Positions 6,648 to 14,401 of a stretch of 27,885 nt of DNA are shown piece after piece. Source of the stretch: Rhodomicrobiaceae bacterium (lineage in GTDB: Bacteria; Pseudomonadota; Alphaproteobacteria; Rhizobiales; Rhodomicrobiaceae); the NCBI GenBank assembly GCA_050288485.1, contig JBNKDX010000001.1, positions 1-27,885 of the forward strand, written 5' to 3'. Below the pieces are notes generated by a model that made no database searches, had not been told where the DNA came from, and was given only the letters and a program-made list of their open reading frames with translations. The translations under genes were made by a program, and so were the position numbers. Every line of letters begins with the position of its first letter. Within the stretch, counting starts at the first letter, position 1.

Positions 6648-7646
6648 ATGACGAGAGCGGCGAAGGTACTGATAACGGGCGGCGGCGGCCTGATCGGCGG
6701 ACGCCTCGCCAAGCAGCTCCTGGATGCCGGCTGCATGGTGACGGTGCTGGATGTAGCGCCGCTGGACGCGGGCAGCCTGCCTTATCTGGGCATTGCGCGC
6801 CACCCCGGCCTGGCCTATCTGAAGGGTTCGGTGACGGACACCGAAGCGTGGCGCAGCCTGCCGGACAACTTCGACCGCATCGTGCATGCGGCGGCCATTC
6901 TCGGCATCGAGCGCGTGCCCCGCGAGCAGATCGAGACCATGGATGTGACCGTCGTCGGCACGAGAATGGCGCTCGATTTCGCGCGGACCCTGCCCGGTCT
7001 GGCGCGCTTTCTCTATCTGAGCACATCCGAAATCTACGGTGTTTCGGCGCAGGGGCTGGACGAAGCCGCGTCCGCCGTCATCCAGACCCAGGGCCGCAGA
7101 TGGTGCTATGCCTCGGCCAAGCTGACCGCCGAATTCTACGTGCAGGCTTTCGCTGAACGTTACGGCTTCCCCTATACCATCGTCCGTCCCTTCAACGTCT
7201 ACGGACCGTCGCCCACTTGCAGCGGCGCGCTCACGACGATGGTCAAACGCGCAGCCGCCGGCGACGCCATCCGCGTGACGGGGACGGGGCATCAGACACG
7301 CTCCTGGTGCCATGTGCAGGATTTCGCCAAAGGATTGCAGCGCTGCCTGTTCGACCACGCGGGCTGGAACCAGACGTTCAATCTCGGCAGCGACACGACC
7401 GAAGTCTCTATCCTCCAGCTCGCGCAGACGATCCGCGACATGGCGCAGTCCTCGTCCGCGATCGTGATCGGCGACGGCGGCGAGCCGGACGTGCTGAACC
7501 GGCGGCCGGACCTGACGAAAGCGCGGAAACTGCTGGGGTTTGAAGCGCCGACCGGTCTGCCCGAGGGGATCGAGGATATTTTGGCCTGGGTGAAAAAGAC
7601 AGTGCCGAAAAATCTCGCGACGGCCGAAAAAGTGCCCGGGACTTGA
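6648..7646 (+). CDS. Extended SDR, UDP-uronic acid decarboxylase (UXS/ArnA-like) or epimerase
   Basis: ITGGGGLIG, HAAA, YLSTSEIYG, RWCYASAK (YxxxK), RPFNVYGP, GTGHQTRSWCHVQD, FNLG. The TSE and RWxY motifs resemble the decarboxylase subgroup. Confidence 0.8.
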   Translation: MTRAAKVLITGGGGLIGGRLAKQLLDAGCMVTVLDVAPLDAGSLPYLGIARHPGLAYLKGSVTDTEAWRSLPDNFDRIVHAAAILGIERVPREQIETMDVTVVGTRMALDFARTLPGLARFLYLSTSEIYGVSAQGLDEAASAVIQTQGRRWCYASAKLTAEFYVQAFAERYGFPYTIVRPFNVYGPSPTCSGALTTMVKRAAAGDAIRVTGTGHQTRSWCHVQDFAKGLQRCLFDHAGWNQTFNLGSDTTEVSILQLAQTIRDMAQSSSAIVIGDGGEPDVLNRRPDLTKARKLLGFEAPTGLPEGIEDILAWVKKTVPKNLATAEKVPGT

Positions 7647-7669
7647 TCGCAGAAGGGAGTATCGCTGCA

Positions 7670-8926
7670 ATGGATGCGTTGGACATACTGCGATCATGGG
7701 GCGTAAATAGCTGGCTATATTTTTCTTGGTTCGCGTGCATATTCTTAACGCCGTACTATTATATCGGACCAATGCTTGTACCGATAGGGATGCTATGGAG
7801 CCGGAGCAAGCCCGCAATCACGCCAAATCTCAGCTTCAGCGTGGTTGTGGCGGGCAACAACGAAGAACACCAGCTTCGCAGGTTCGTGGAATCGATTGCC
7901 GAGCAGACGATCTGTGCGGAAGAAGGAAGAATCGAATTGGTCGTGGTCGATGACGGTTCCACAGATCGAACAGCCGAAATCGCTTGGGAACTCCAGCGAG
8001 AAGGCAAAATCGACAAGGTGCTGAAACTGGATCAGCGGGGCGGAAAAGCGGCCGCCCTCAATCTCGCCCATACAGTGTGCACGGGCGATATCATCATCTC
8101 GGCCGACGTTGACACCACCTTCGACAGGGACGCCTTCGCCAGAATACTGGCCTATTTCGCCGACCCGCGCGTCGGCGCTGTCAGTTGTATTGTCAGTCCG
8201 CTCAACGATGACACCAATCTGATCACCCGCTATCAGGTCATCGAATACGCGTTCTTCGCTTATTTGCGCCGCTGCATTTCGAGCGCCCTAAATATGATGC
8301 CGATGCTCGTGGGCGCTTTTTACGCCTGCCGCCGCACGGCGCTCCAGCAAGTGGGCGCATTGGAGCCGGGCGCCGTCGAAGACGTCGATCTCGCCCTGAA
8401 GCTCCGCCAGGCCGGATGGCGTGTCCTCCTGGCCCCTGAGGCTCGTGCGCTGACAATTGTGCCGGATACGATTGCGGGCCTCATCGTGCAGCGCCTGCGC
8501 TGGGATCAGGGTGTGATTAGTCTCTGGACTCGCAAGTCCGTTTCCACAATCAATCCCCGCAACGCCAACTTCTCTATCCTGAATGCACTCGTATTGCTCG
8601 AACATCTTAGCCATGAGGTTATACTTGGAATTATAATTGGGCAGCTAATATTTGTATTGTATATAACAAGCGCCGAGTTCTGGCAGATTTATGTTGGAAC
8701 TATAGTTATAATAGAGTCGTTCCTTATATTTATAGTTTTTATTGCAGCGGCTGTTGAGGGGCAGGTGCCGTTTAGATACGTCGTTTATGTGCCGTATTAC
8801 ATCGTTCAAACGTACATACTGCGCATAATCCGATCGGTTTCAGTGATTTGGGAGCTGATTTTCTTCAGCTCTTTAAAGAACCCAGTCCTTCCAGCTCGCG
8901 TGAGAAGCCAGGTGGAGGTTTCGTGA
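7670..8926 (+). CDS. Processive GT2 polysaccharide synthase (PgaC/IcaA/HasA-like architecture)
   Basis: DDGSTD, GGKAAALN, DVD, EDVD and QRLRW (D,D,D,QxxRW). One N-terminal and several C-terminal hydrophobic segments. ATG 7670 follows GGAG; an alternative TTG at 7643 overlaps the SDR stop. Confidence 0.85.
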   Translation: MDALDILRSWGVNSWLYFSWFACIFLTPYYYIGPMLVPIGMLWSRSKPAITPNLSFSVVVAGNNEEHQLRRFVESIAEQTICAEEGRIELVVVDDGSTDRTAEIAWELQREGKIDKVLKLDQRGGKAAALNLAHTVCTGDIIISADVDTTFDRDAFARILAYFADPRVGAVSCIVSPLNDDTNLITRYQVIEYAFFAYLRRCISSALNMMPMLVGAFYACRRTALQQVGALEPGAVEDVDLALKLRQAGWRVLLAPEARALTIVPDTIAGLIVQRLRWDQGVISLWTRKSVSTINPRNANFSILNALVLLEHLSHEVILGIIIGQLIFVLYITSAEFWQIYVGTIVIIESFLIFIVFIAAAVEGQVPFRYVVYVPYYIVQTYILRIIRSVSVIWELIFFSSLKNPVLPARVRSQVEVS

Positions 8927-9024
8927 TGCATCCTTTCTACCGGCAGCACGAGATATTGATCTTCAATGACACCGATGCCGACGCCAATATCCGGCGCCCC
9001 ATCCACAGCCAAGTGGAGACATGA
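8926..9024 (+). CDS. Putative 32 aa micro-ORF MHPFYRQHEILIFNDTDADANIRRPIHSQVET
   Basis: GGAGGT at 8914-8919. Its ATG overlaps the GT2 stop (TGATG) and its own TGA overlaps the ATG of the next gene (ATGA). Below the size cutoff of the ORF track. Confidence 0.45.
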   Translation: MHPFYRQHEILIFNDTDADANIRRPIHSQVET

Positions 9025-10067
9025 TGATGCGATTCCTGAAACGGCATGGCGCCGCGCGAATTTTGCCCGTCGAAGACCGCAAGCGCCGACTGGGTCTGAT
9101 CCGTTGGCTGTATCTTGGCAGCATTATCGTGCTGATCATCTGGCTGTTCGATCTGTTCTTCGGCGGCTTGTTTTACCTAAGGAGCGACGGTCTGGTTGTC
9201 GGCCAGCCGGGGGCCATCGCTGCTGAATACCCCATCACCGTGCGCGAACTCGCGGTGCGCGAGGGTGACGTCGTCAAGGCCGGGCAGGTGGCGGCGATCG
9301 GGTCGTCCCAGAACGTGGCCGAGACCATCGCGCGCCTGACCTCCGAACTCGCGGTGCGGCAGGGCCGTCTCAGTGAGTTGCGCGTCCGCAGCCATGTGGT
9401 CAATGCTCTGATGCCGCTCGCCGAGAATCGTTTGAAAGTGGCGACACATGCCCGCGAGGAAATGCACCGGCTTCTGGACAGTGGCCTTACAGCGCTCAAT
9501 CAACGCACGGCGGCGGTCGAACTTGAATACCGCGCGAAGACTGATCTCGCGACGTTGTCAGCCGAAAAGAAAGTCCTCGACAAGGAGATCTCCTCGCTGA
9601 CGGTTGCCTTAGGGGAAGCCACAAAGGCTCTCACCGATCTTCGCCGCCTTTACGATGGGGGCCGCCTGCGCGTGCCTTTGGACGGCGTTATCGGCCGCCG
9701 CCTTGCGAGCACGGGTTCGGTGATGCGTGCGGGCGAGCCACTGTTCGAGGTGTATGGCAACAATCTCTATATCCTTGCCTATCTGCCCTCGGGCACGCTC
9801 TACACGGTGAAACCCGGCGATCCGGTGCGCATTTCGACTGGCCTCGACACTTACCGCGGGACGGTCAAGAGCATCGAACCATACGCAGCCGCGCTGCCAC
9901 ATGAGTTTCAGCGGGCTTTTAGGCCGGTCGAGCGTCAGCAGCTCATGCGTGTCGAATTCGACCGCGGCACGACGCCGCCGCCCGTGTTCACCAAGGTGTG
10001 GCTGACGTCCACCCGCTTGGCGGCACGATGGTTCGACGCCTTTCTCAGAAAAGTCTGGCCGACCTGA
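9021..10067 (+). CDS. HlyD-family membrane fusion / periplasmic adaptor protein
   Basis: Basic N-terminus, one TM segment (WLYLGSIIVLIIWLFDLFFGGL), lipoyl-like half motifs ELAVREGDVVKAGQ and VPLDGVIG...VMRAGEPLFEV flanking a coiled coil. RBS GGAG at 9015. Confidence 0.85.
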   Translation: MMMRFLKRHGAARILPVEDRKRRLGLIRWLYLGSIIVLIIWLFDLFFGGLFYLRSDGLVVGQPGAIAAEYPITVRELAVREGDVVKAGQVAAIGSSQNVAETIARLTSELAVRQGRLSELRVRSHVVNALMPLAENRLKVATHAREEMHRLLDSGLTALNQRTAAVELEYRAKTDLATLSAEKKVLDKEISSLTVALGEATKALTDLRRLYDGGRLRVPLDGVIGRRLASTGSVMRAGEPLFEVYGNNLYILAYLPSGTLYTVKPGDPVRISTGLDTYRGTVKSIEPYAAALPHEFQRAFRPVERQQLMRVEFDRGTTPPPVFTKVWLTSTRLAARWFDAFLRKVWPT

Positions 10068-10083
10068 TCTCAGAAAAGGATAG

Positions 10084-10112
10084 GCTGCGGCGCATTGCGA
10101 TACCGCCGCAGC
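10084..10112 (+). terminator. GC-rich hairpin after the EPS operon (possible terminator)
   Basis: Perfect 9 bp stem GCTGCGGCG/CGCCGCAGC, 11 nt loop, no long U tract. Confidence 0.4.
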
Positions 10113-10190
10113 TTCACAAACCCCGTCGTCCCGGTGTATGGAGGAGAGAGGGTTAATGCGGCATATCTCTTCAGATTCGGCGGGTGATGA

Positions 10191-11165
10191 ATGTCTATCG
10201 CGCTCAACAGCTCGACATTGGTGACGGTTTTCGGCGGTTCCGGCTTCGTCGGGCGCTACGTGGTTCAGGCGCTGGCGCGCACCGGCTGCCGGGTGCGCGT
10301 CGCCGTAAGGCGGCCGGACCTTGCCGGACATCTGCAGCCGCTCGGCAATGTCGGACAGATTTGCGCTGTCCAGGCCAATCTGCGCTATGAAGATTCGATC
10401 CGCCGCGCCGTCGAAGGGGCGGACGCCGTCATCAATCTCGTCGGCATCCTCCAGCAGGGCGGAAAACAGACCTTCCGAACGCTCCAGGCCGTCGGCGCGG
10501 GACTGACCGCGCGCGCGGCGAAGGAGGCGGGGGCGCGCGCTTTCGTGCACATCTCGGCGCTCGGCACCAACCGCCTAAGCAGTTCCGCTTATGCCCGGAC
10601 CAAGGCCGAGGGCGAAGATCTGGTCGCGCGCGCCTTTCCCGGCGCGGTGATCCTCAGGCCGTCGATCATGTTCGGGCCGGAGGACGATTTCTTCAACCGT
10701 TTCGCCGCGATGGCGCTTATATCCCCTGTCATACCGCTCCTGGGCGGCGGGCGCACGCGCTTTCAGCCGGTCTATGTGGGCGACACGGCGCAGGCGGTGA
10801 TCGCCGGGCTGGACGGACGCGCCAAGCCGGGCGTCGTTTACGAACTGGGCGGACCGCGCGTCTACACGTTCCGGGAGCTGCTCGACCTCGTCGCCCAATA
10901 CACCGGCCGCCGCCGTTCCTATTTCCCGGTCCCGTTCTGGCTGGCGAAACTTCAGGGCCTGTTCCTGCAGGTGCTGCCGAACGCGCCGCTCACGCTCGAT
11001 CAGGTCCGGCTCCTGCAGACCGACAACGTCGTCAGCGCCGAGGCCATCGACGAAGGCCGCACGCTGGAGGCGTTGGGCGTCGAACTGCACGCCCTGGAGA
11101 CCATCGTGCCAAGCTACCTCGTCCGCTTCCGCCCGAAGGGCGAGTTCTCGCTGCATCAGGCCTGA
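10191..11165 (+). CDS. Complex I NDUFA9-like atypical SDR
   Basis: VTVFGGSGFVGRYVV, RVAVRRPDLAGHLQPLGNVGQI, VINLVGIL, YARTKAEGE, RPSIMFGPEDDFFNRFA, FQPVYVGD. Confidence 0.9.
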   Translation: MSIALNSSTLVTVFGGSGFVGRYVVQALARTGCRVRVAVRRPDLAGHLQPLGNVGQICAVQANLRYEDSIRRAVEGADAVINLVGILQQGGKQTFRTLQAVGAGLTARAAKEAGARAFVHISALGTNRLSSSAYARTKAEGEDLVARAFPGAVILRPSIMFGPEDDFFNRFAAMALISPVIPLLGGGRTRFQPVYVGDTAQAVIAGLDGRAKPGVVYELGGPRVYTFRELLDLVAQYTGRRRSYFPVPFWLAKLQGLFLQVLPNAPLTLDQVRLLQTDNVVSAEAIDEGRTLEALGVELHALETIVPSYLVRFRPKGEFSLHQA

Positions 11166-11470
11166 AGCCGGGCGGCCCCGCGGCACGATAGACACACGAA
11201 CGGGCTGCGATGGTGCGGACTACGTATTCCGCACTCGACACCCCCTGGTGGGAATCGCGTAATACCCTGTGTAGTGGCGTTGGCAAGAGACGCACAACCT
11301 CGCTGTTCCATCACCGGTGCGGGCTTTTCTGTGTCGGCCTGGGGCGCGAGTTAACGCTTTGCTGATATTGCGTCGCGTACAAACGTTTGTGGCCCTTCGC
11401 CGGGACCAGCGTTTGCGGCGCCATTTCGGCGGTTCTGGTCGCGAGTTGCGCCTAATTCCCGGTTCCGGTC

Positions 11471-12169
11471 ATGCTCAGGCTTATTCATTACCCGCTCTGT
11501 CCGTTCTCCCGCTCCATAAGGCTGGCGCTGGGCGAATGCGGCGTGGTCGTGGAGCTTGACGAAGAACGGCCATGGAGCTGGCGGCGCGAGTTCCTCAAGC
11601 TCAACCCCGCCGGAACGCTGCCCGTGCTCTTGGAACGCGGCGAATTCATTCTCGCCGGGGCTTACGCGATCTCCGAATATCTCGGCGAAGCCCACACCAA
11701 GACCAATGGCGAAGGCATACCGCGCAATCTCCTGTTCCCCGGCGCGGGCGCGGAGCGCGCCGAGGTGCGGCGGCTCGCGGACTGGTTCCACCGCAAGCTC
11801 GATGAAGAAGCCAGCCGCTATCTCCTGGAGGAGAAGCTCTACCAGCGTTTCGCCGACCTCGGGCGCAGCACGCCGGATACCGATCTCATCCGTGCGGGGC
11901 GCGCCAATCTACGCTATCATCTCAGCTACATCGGCCATCTGCTGGACACGCGGAAATGGCTGGCGGGCGATGCCTTGAGTTTCGCCGATCTGGCTGCGGC
12001 AGCACATCTGTCGGTGCTGGACTATCTCGGCGAAGTGCCGTGGGACGAGTTCCCGGAGGCCAAGGCGTGGTATGCGCTCCTGAAATCGCGCCCGTCCTTC
12101 CAGCCGCTTCTGGTGGACCGCCTGCCCGGCGTGGCGCCGCCGCGCCTTTACGCGGAGCTTGATTTTTGA
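11471..12169 (+). CDS. fzlA: Glutathione S-transferase family protein, probable FzlA orthologue
   Basis: HYPLCPFSRSIRLAL, LNPAGTLPVL, RWLADWF-like helix, WLAGDALSFADLAAAAHLSVLDY, KSRPSFQPLL. Position next to queG matches the conserved alphaproteobacterial arrangement; orthology is inferred. Confidence 0.75.
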   Translation: MLRLIHYPLCPFSRSIRLALGECGVVVELDEERPWSWRREFLKLNPAGTLPVLLERGEFILAGAYAISEYLGEAHTKTNGEGIPRNLLFPGAGAERAEVRRLADWFHRKLDEEASRYLLEEKLYQRFADLGRSTPDTDLIRAGRANLRYHLSYIGHLLDTRKWLAGDALSFADLAAAAHLSVLDYLGEVPWDEFPEAKAWYALLKSRPSFQPLLVDRLPGVAPPRLYAELDF

Positions 12170-13326
12170 CGCAGGCCATCGACAGTGCGGCGGGAGCGGA
12201 CCGGCGGTACTCAGCCGTGGCCGTCAAGGCCGCACTCTTCGAGCGGGCGGAGCGCGAGGGCTTCGATGCGGCGGGTGTGACCACGCCGGACGGTATCGGG
12301 CAGGCAGGCGAGCGTCTGGCGGCGTTTCTGACCGAGGGCCTGCACGGCGGCATGGACTGGCTTGAGGCGCATCCAGAGCGGCGGCGGTGCCCTTCGGCGC
12401 TCTGGCCGGATGTGCGCTCCATCGTCATGCTGGGCATGAACTACGCGCCGGAAACCGATCCGCTGGCCATACTCGCCGAGCGCGGACGCGGCGCGGTTTC
12501 CGTCTATGCCCGGGGCCGCGACTATCACGACATCGTCAAAGGCAAGCTAAAGGGGCTCGCGGGCTGGCTCGCGTACACGACAGGCGAGGACGTGAAAGTC
12601 TTCGTCGATACCGCGCCGGTGATGGAAAAGCCGCTGGCGCAGGCGGCGGGGCTGGGCTGGCAGGGCAAACATACCAATCTCGTGTCGCGCCGCCTCGGCT
12701 CATGGCTGTTCCTCGGCGCCATCTTCACCACCGCGCACCTGCCGCCGGACGAGCCGGAGCGCGATCACTGCGGCGCCTGCCGCCGCTGTCTCGACGCCTG
12801 CCCCACGAACGCCTTTCCGGCCCCCTACCGGCTCGACGCGCGGCGCTGCATCTCCTATCTCACCATTGAGCACAAGGGCCACATCCCGTGCGAATTCCGG
12901 CGCGCCATCGGCAACCGCATCTATGGTTGTGACGACTGTCTGGCCGTGTGCCCGTGGAACAAGTTCGCCGCTGCCGCCAGAGAGGCGAAATTCGCCGCGC
13001 GGCGCGCAACGGCGGGGGCACCGCTCGCGGAGCTGCTGACGATGGACGACGCCGCGTTCCGGACCGCATTCGCGGGCACGGCCATCAAGCGGACGGGCCA
13101 CGCCCGCTTCATGCGCAACGTGCTGATCGCGGCGGGGAACGCGGATGACGCGCGTCTCCTGCGCCCTGTCATGGCGCATCTCGCCGCTCCCGAGCCGCTG
13201 ATCCGCGCCATGGCCGTGTGGGCGACACGCCGTTTTTTCCCCTGCGGCGATCCAGAGATTGCGCGCATCCGCCAAAATATGCTGCAAAGTGAGACGGATG
13301 AGGCCGTTCGCGCAGAACTGAACTGA
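12166..13326 (+). CDS. queG: Epoxyqueuosine reductase
   Basis: YARGRDYH, FVDTAPVMEKPLA, GWQGKHTNL, CGACRRCLDACPT, CISYLTIE, GCDDCLAVCPWN. TTG start overlaps the upstream stop. Confidence 0.95.
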   Translation: MTQAIDSAAGADRRYSAVAVKAALFERAEREGFDAAGVTTPDGIGQAGERLAAFLTEGLHGGMDWLEAHPERRRCPSALWPDVRSIVMLGMNYAPETDPLAILAERGRGAVSVYARGRDYHDIVKGKLKGLAGWLAYTTGEDVKVFVDTAPVMEKPLAQAAGLGWQGKHTNLVSRRLGSWLFLGAIFTTAHLPPDEPERDHCGACRRCLDACPTNAFPAPYRLDARRCISYLTIEHKGHIPCEFRRAIGNRIYGCDDCLAVCPWNKFAAAAREAKFAARRATAGAPLAELLTMDDAAFRTAFAGTAIKRTGHARFMRNVLIAAGNADDARLLRPVMAHLAAPEPLIRAMAVWATRRFFPCGDPEIARIRQNMLQSETDEAVRAELN

Positions 13327-13347
13327 TTGGCTCGAAGAGGTTTCGTG

Positions 13348-14223
13348 ATGAGTGTTCTCCTCTGCATTGGACTCGGCTATTCGGCGGCTGCGGTTGCGGC
13401 GCGCTTGAAGAGCCCGGAGTGGCGGATCATCGGTGCCGCCCGCAGCGAGGAGAGCGCCGAAGCCGTCAGGGACCTCGGCTATGAGGCCACGGTGCTGGCG
13501 GACGAAGGGCCGTCGGACGAGGTTTCCGCGGCCGTCGCCGAGGCGACGCATCTTCTCGTTTCCGCTCCCCCCGGCGAGGAGGGCGATCCGGTCCTCAACC
13601 GGCTGGAGGGCGATCTGGCGCGGGCGGAACGGCTGTGCTGGATCGGCTATCTGTCCACTGTCGGCGTCTATGGCGATCACGGCGGCGCCTGGGTGGACGA
13701 AGATACGCCGGTGCAGCCGGAGAACGAGCGCACGGCCCGGCGGGTGGCGGCCGAGCAGGCATGGCGGCGCTTCGCATCGGAGCGTGGCCTGCCGCTGCAG
13801 ATCTTCCGCCTCGCAGGGATCTACGGGCCGGGACGCAGCCCGGTGGACGGGCTGAGGATGCTGAAGGTGCGCTATGTCGACAAGCCCGGCCAGGTCTTCA
13901 ACCGCATCCATGTCGAGGACATCGCTACGACCGTCGTTGCGGGCATCCACGCGGGGGCTGAGGCGGGCGGCGTCTTCAACGTGACCGACGACGAACCGGC
14001 GCCGCCCCAGGATGTCGGCATCTTCGCCGCCGAACTGCTCGGCGCGCCCCCGCCTGAAATCGTGCCGTGGGAGAAAGCCGAGCTTTCGCCGATGTCCGCG
14101 AGCTTCTATGAAGCGAACCGGCGCGTGCGCAACCGCCGCATCAAGGAGATGCTTGGCGTGACGCTGGCCTACCCCACCTATCGCGAGGGCCTGCGCGCGC
14201 TGGTGGCCTCGGCGAAGCAATAG
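13348..14223 (+). CDS. NAD(P)-dependent SDR/epimerase (YeeZ-like)
   Basis: IGLGYSA, YLSTVGVYGDHGGAWVDE, FRLAGIYGPGR, KPGQVFNRIHVEDIA, YPTYREGL. ATG 13348 follows GAGG; the ORF track starts at TTG 13327. Confidence 0.9.
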   Translation: MSVLLCIGLGYSAAAVAARLKSPEWRIIGAARSEESAEAVRDLGYEATVLADEGPSDEVSAAVAEATHLLVSAPPGEEGDPVLNRLEGDLARAERLCWIGYLSTVGVYGDHGGAWVDEDTPVQPENERTARRVAAEQAWRRFASERGLPLQIFRLAGIYGPGRSPVDGLRMLKVRYVDKPGQVFNRIHVEDIATTVVAGIHAGAEAGGVFNVTDDEPAPPQDVGIFAAELLGAPPPEIVPWEKAELSPMSASFYEANRRVRNRRIKEMLGVTLAYPTYREGLRALVASAKQ

Positions 14224-14360
14224 ATACGCTTCATCAAGCCCGCCTCCAGGCCGCATTCCCGATCCTTCTTGCAAGTCAGGACCGTAGCCCGGATTAAGGA
14301 TAGGCGCGGATTTTCGCCCTTGCCCTCGCCCGATCGCCCCCTTCCCGCACGCAGAAGGGC

Positions 14361-14388
14361 TTTACGGCGGCCGCGCTGCTGGTAAAGT
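14361..14388 (+). promoter_or_regulatory. Possible sigma70 promoter for ppx
   Basis: TTTACG-16 nt-TAAAGT. Confidence 0.3.
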
Positions 14389-14401
14389 AACAGACCAGTG
14401 A

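Noticed and set aside
7670-8926. Cellulose synthase BcsA or canonical pgaABCD/ica locus
   Set aside because: Too short, no PilZ domain, and no bcsB/bcsC, deacetylase or porin genes. A uronate pathway is present instead.
10068-10190. tRNA gene as an island integration site
   Set aside because: No tRNA cloverleaf or T-loop motif was recognised here or in the other intergenic regions by eye. A tRNAscan run would confirm.
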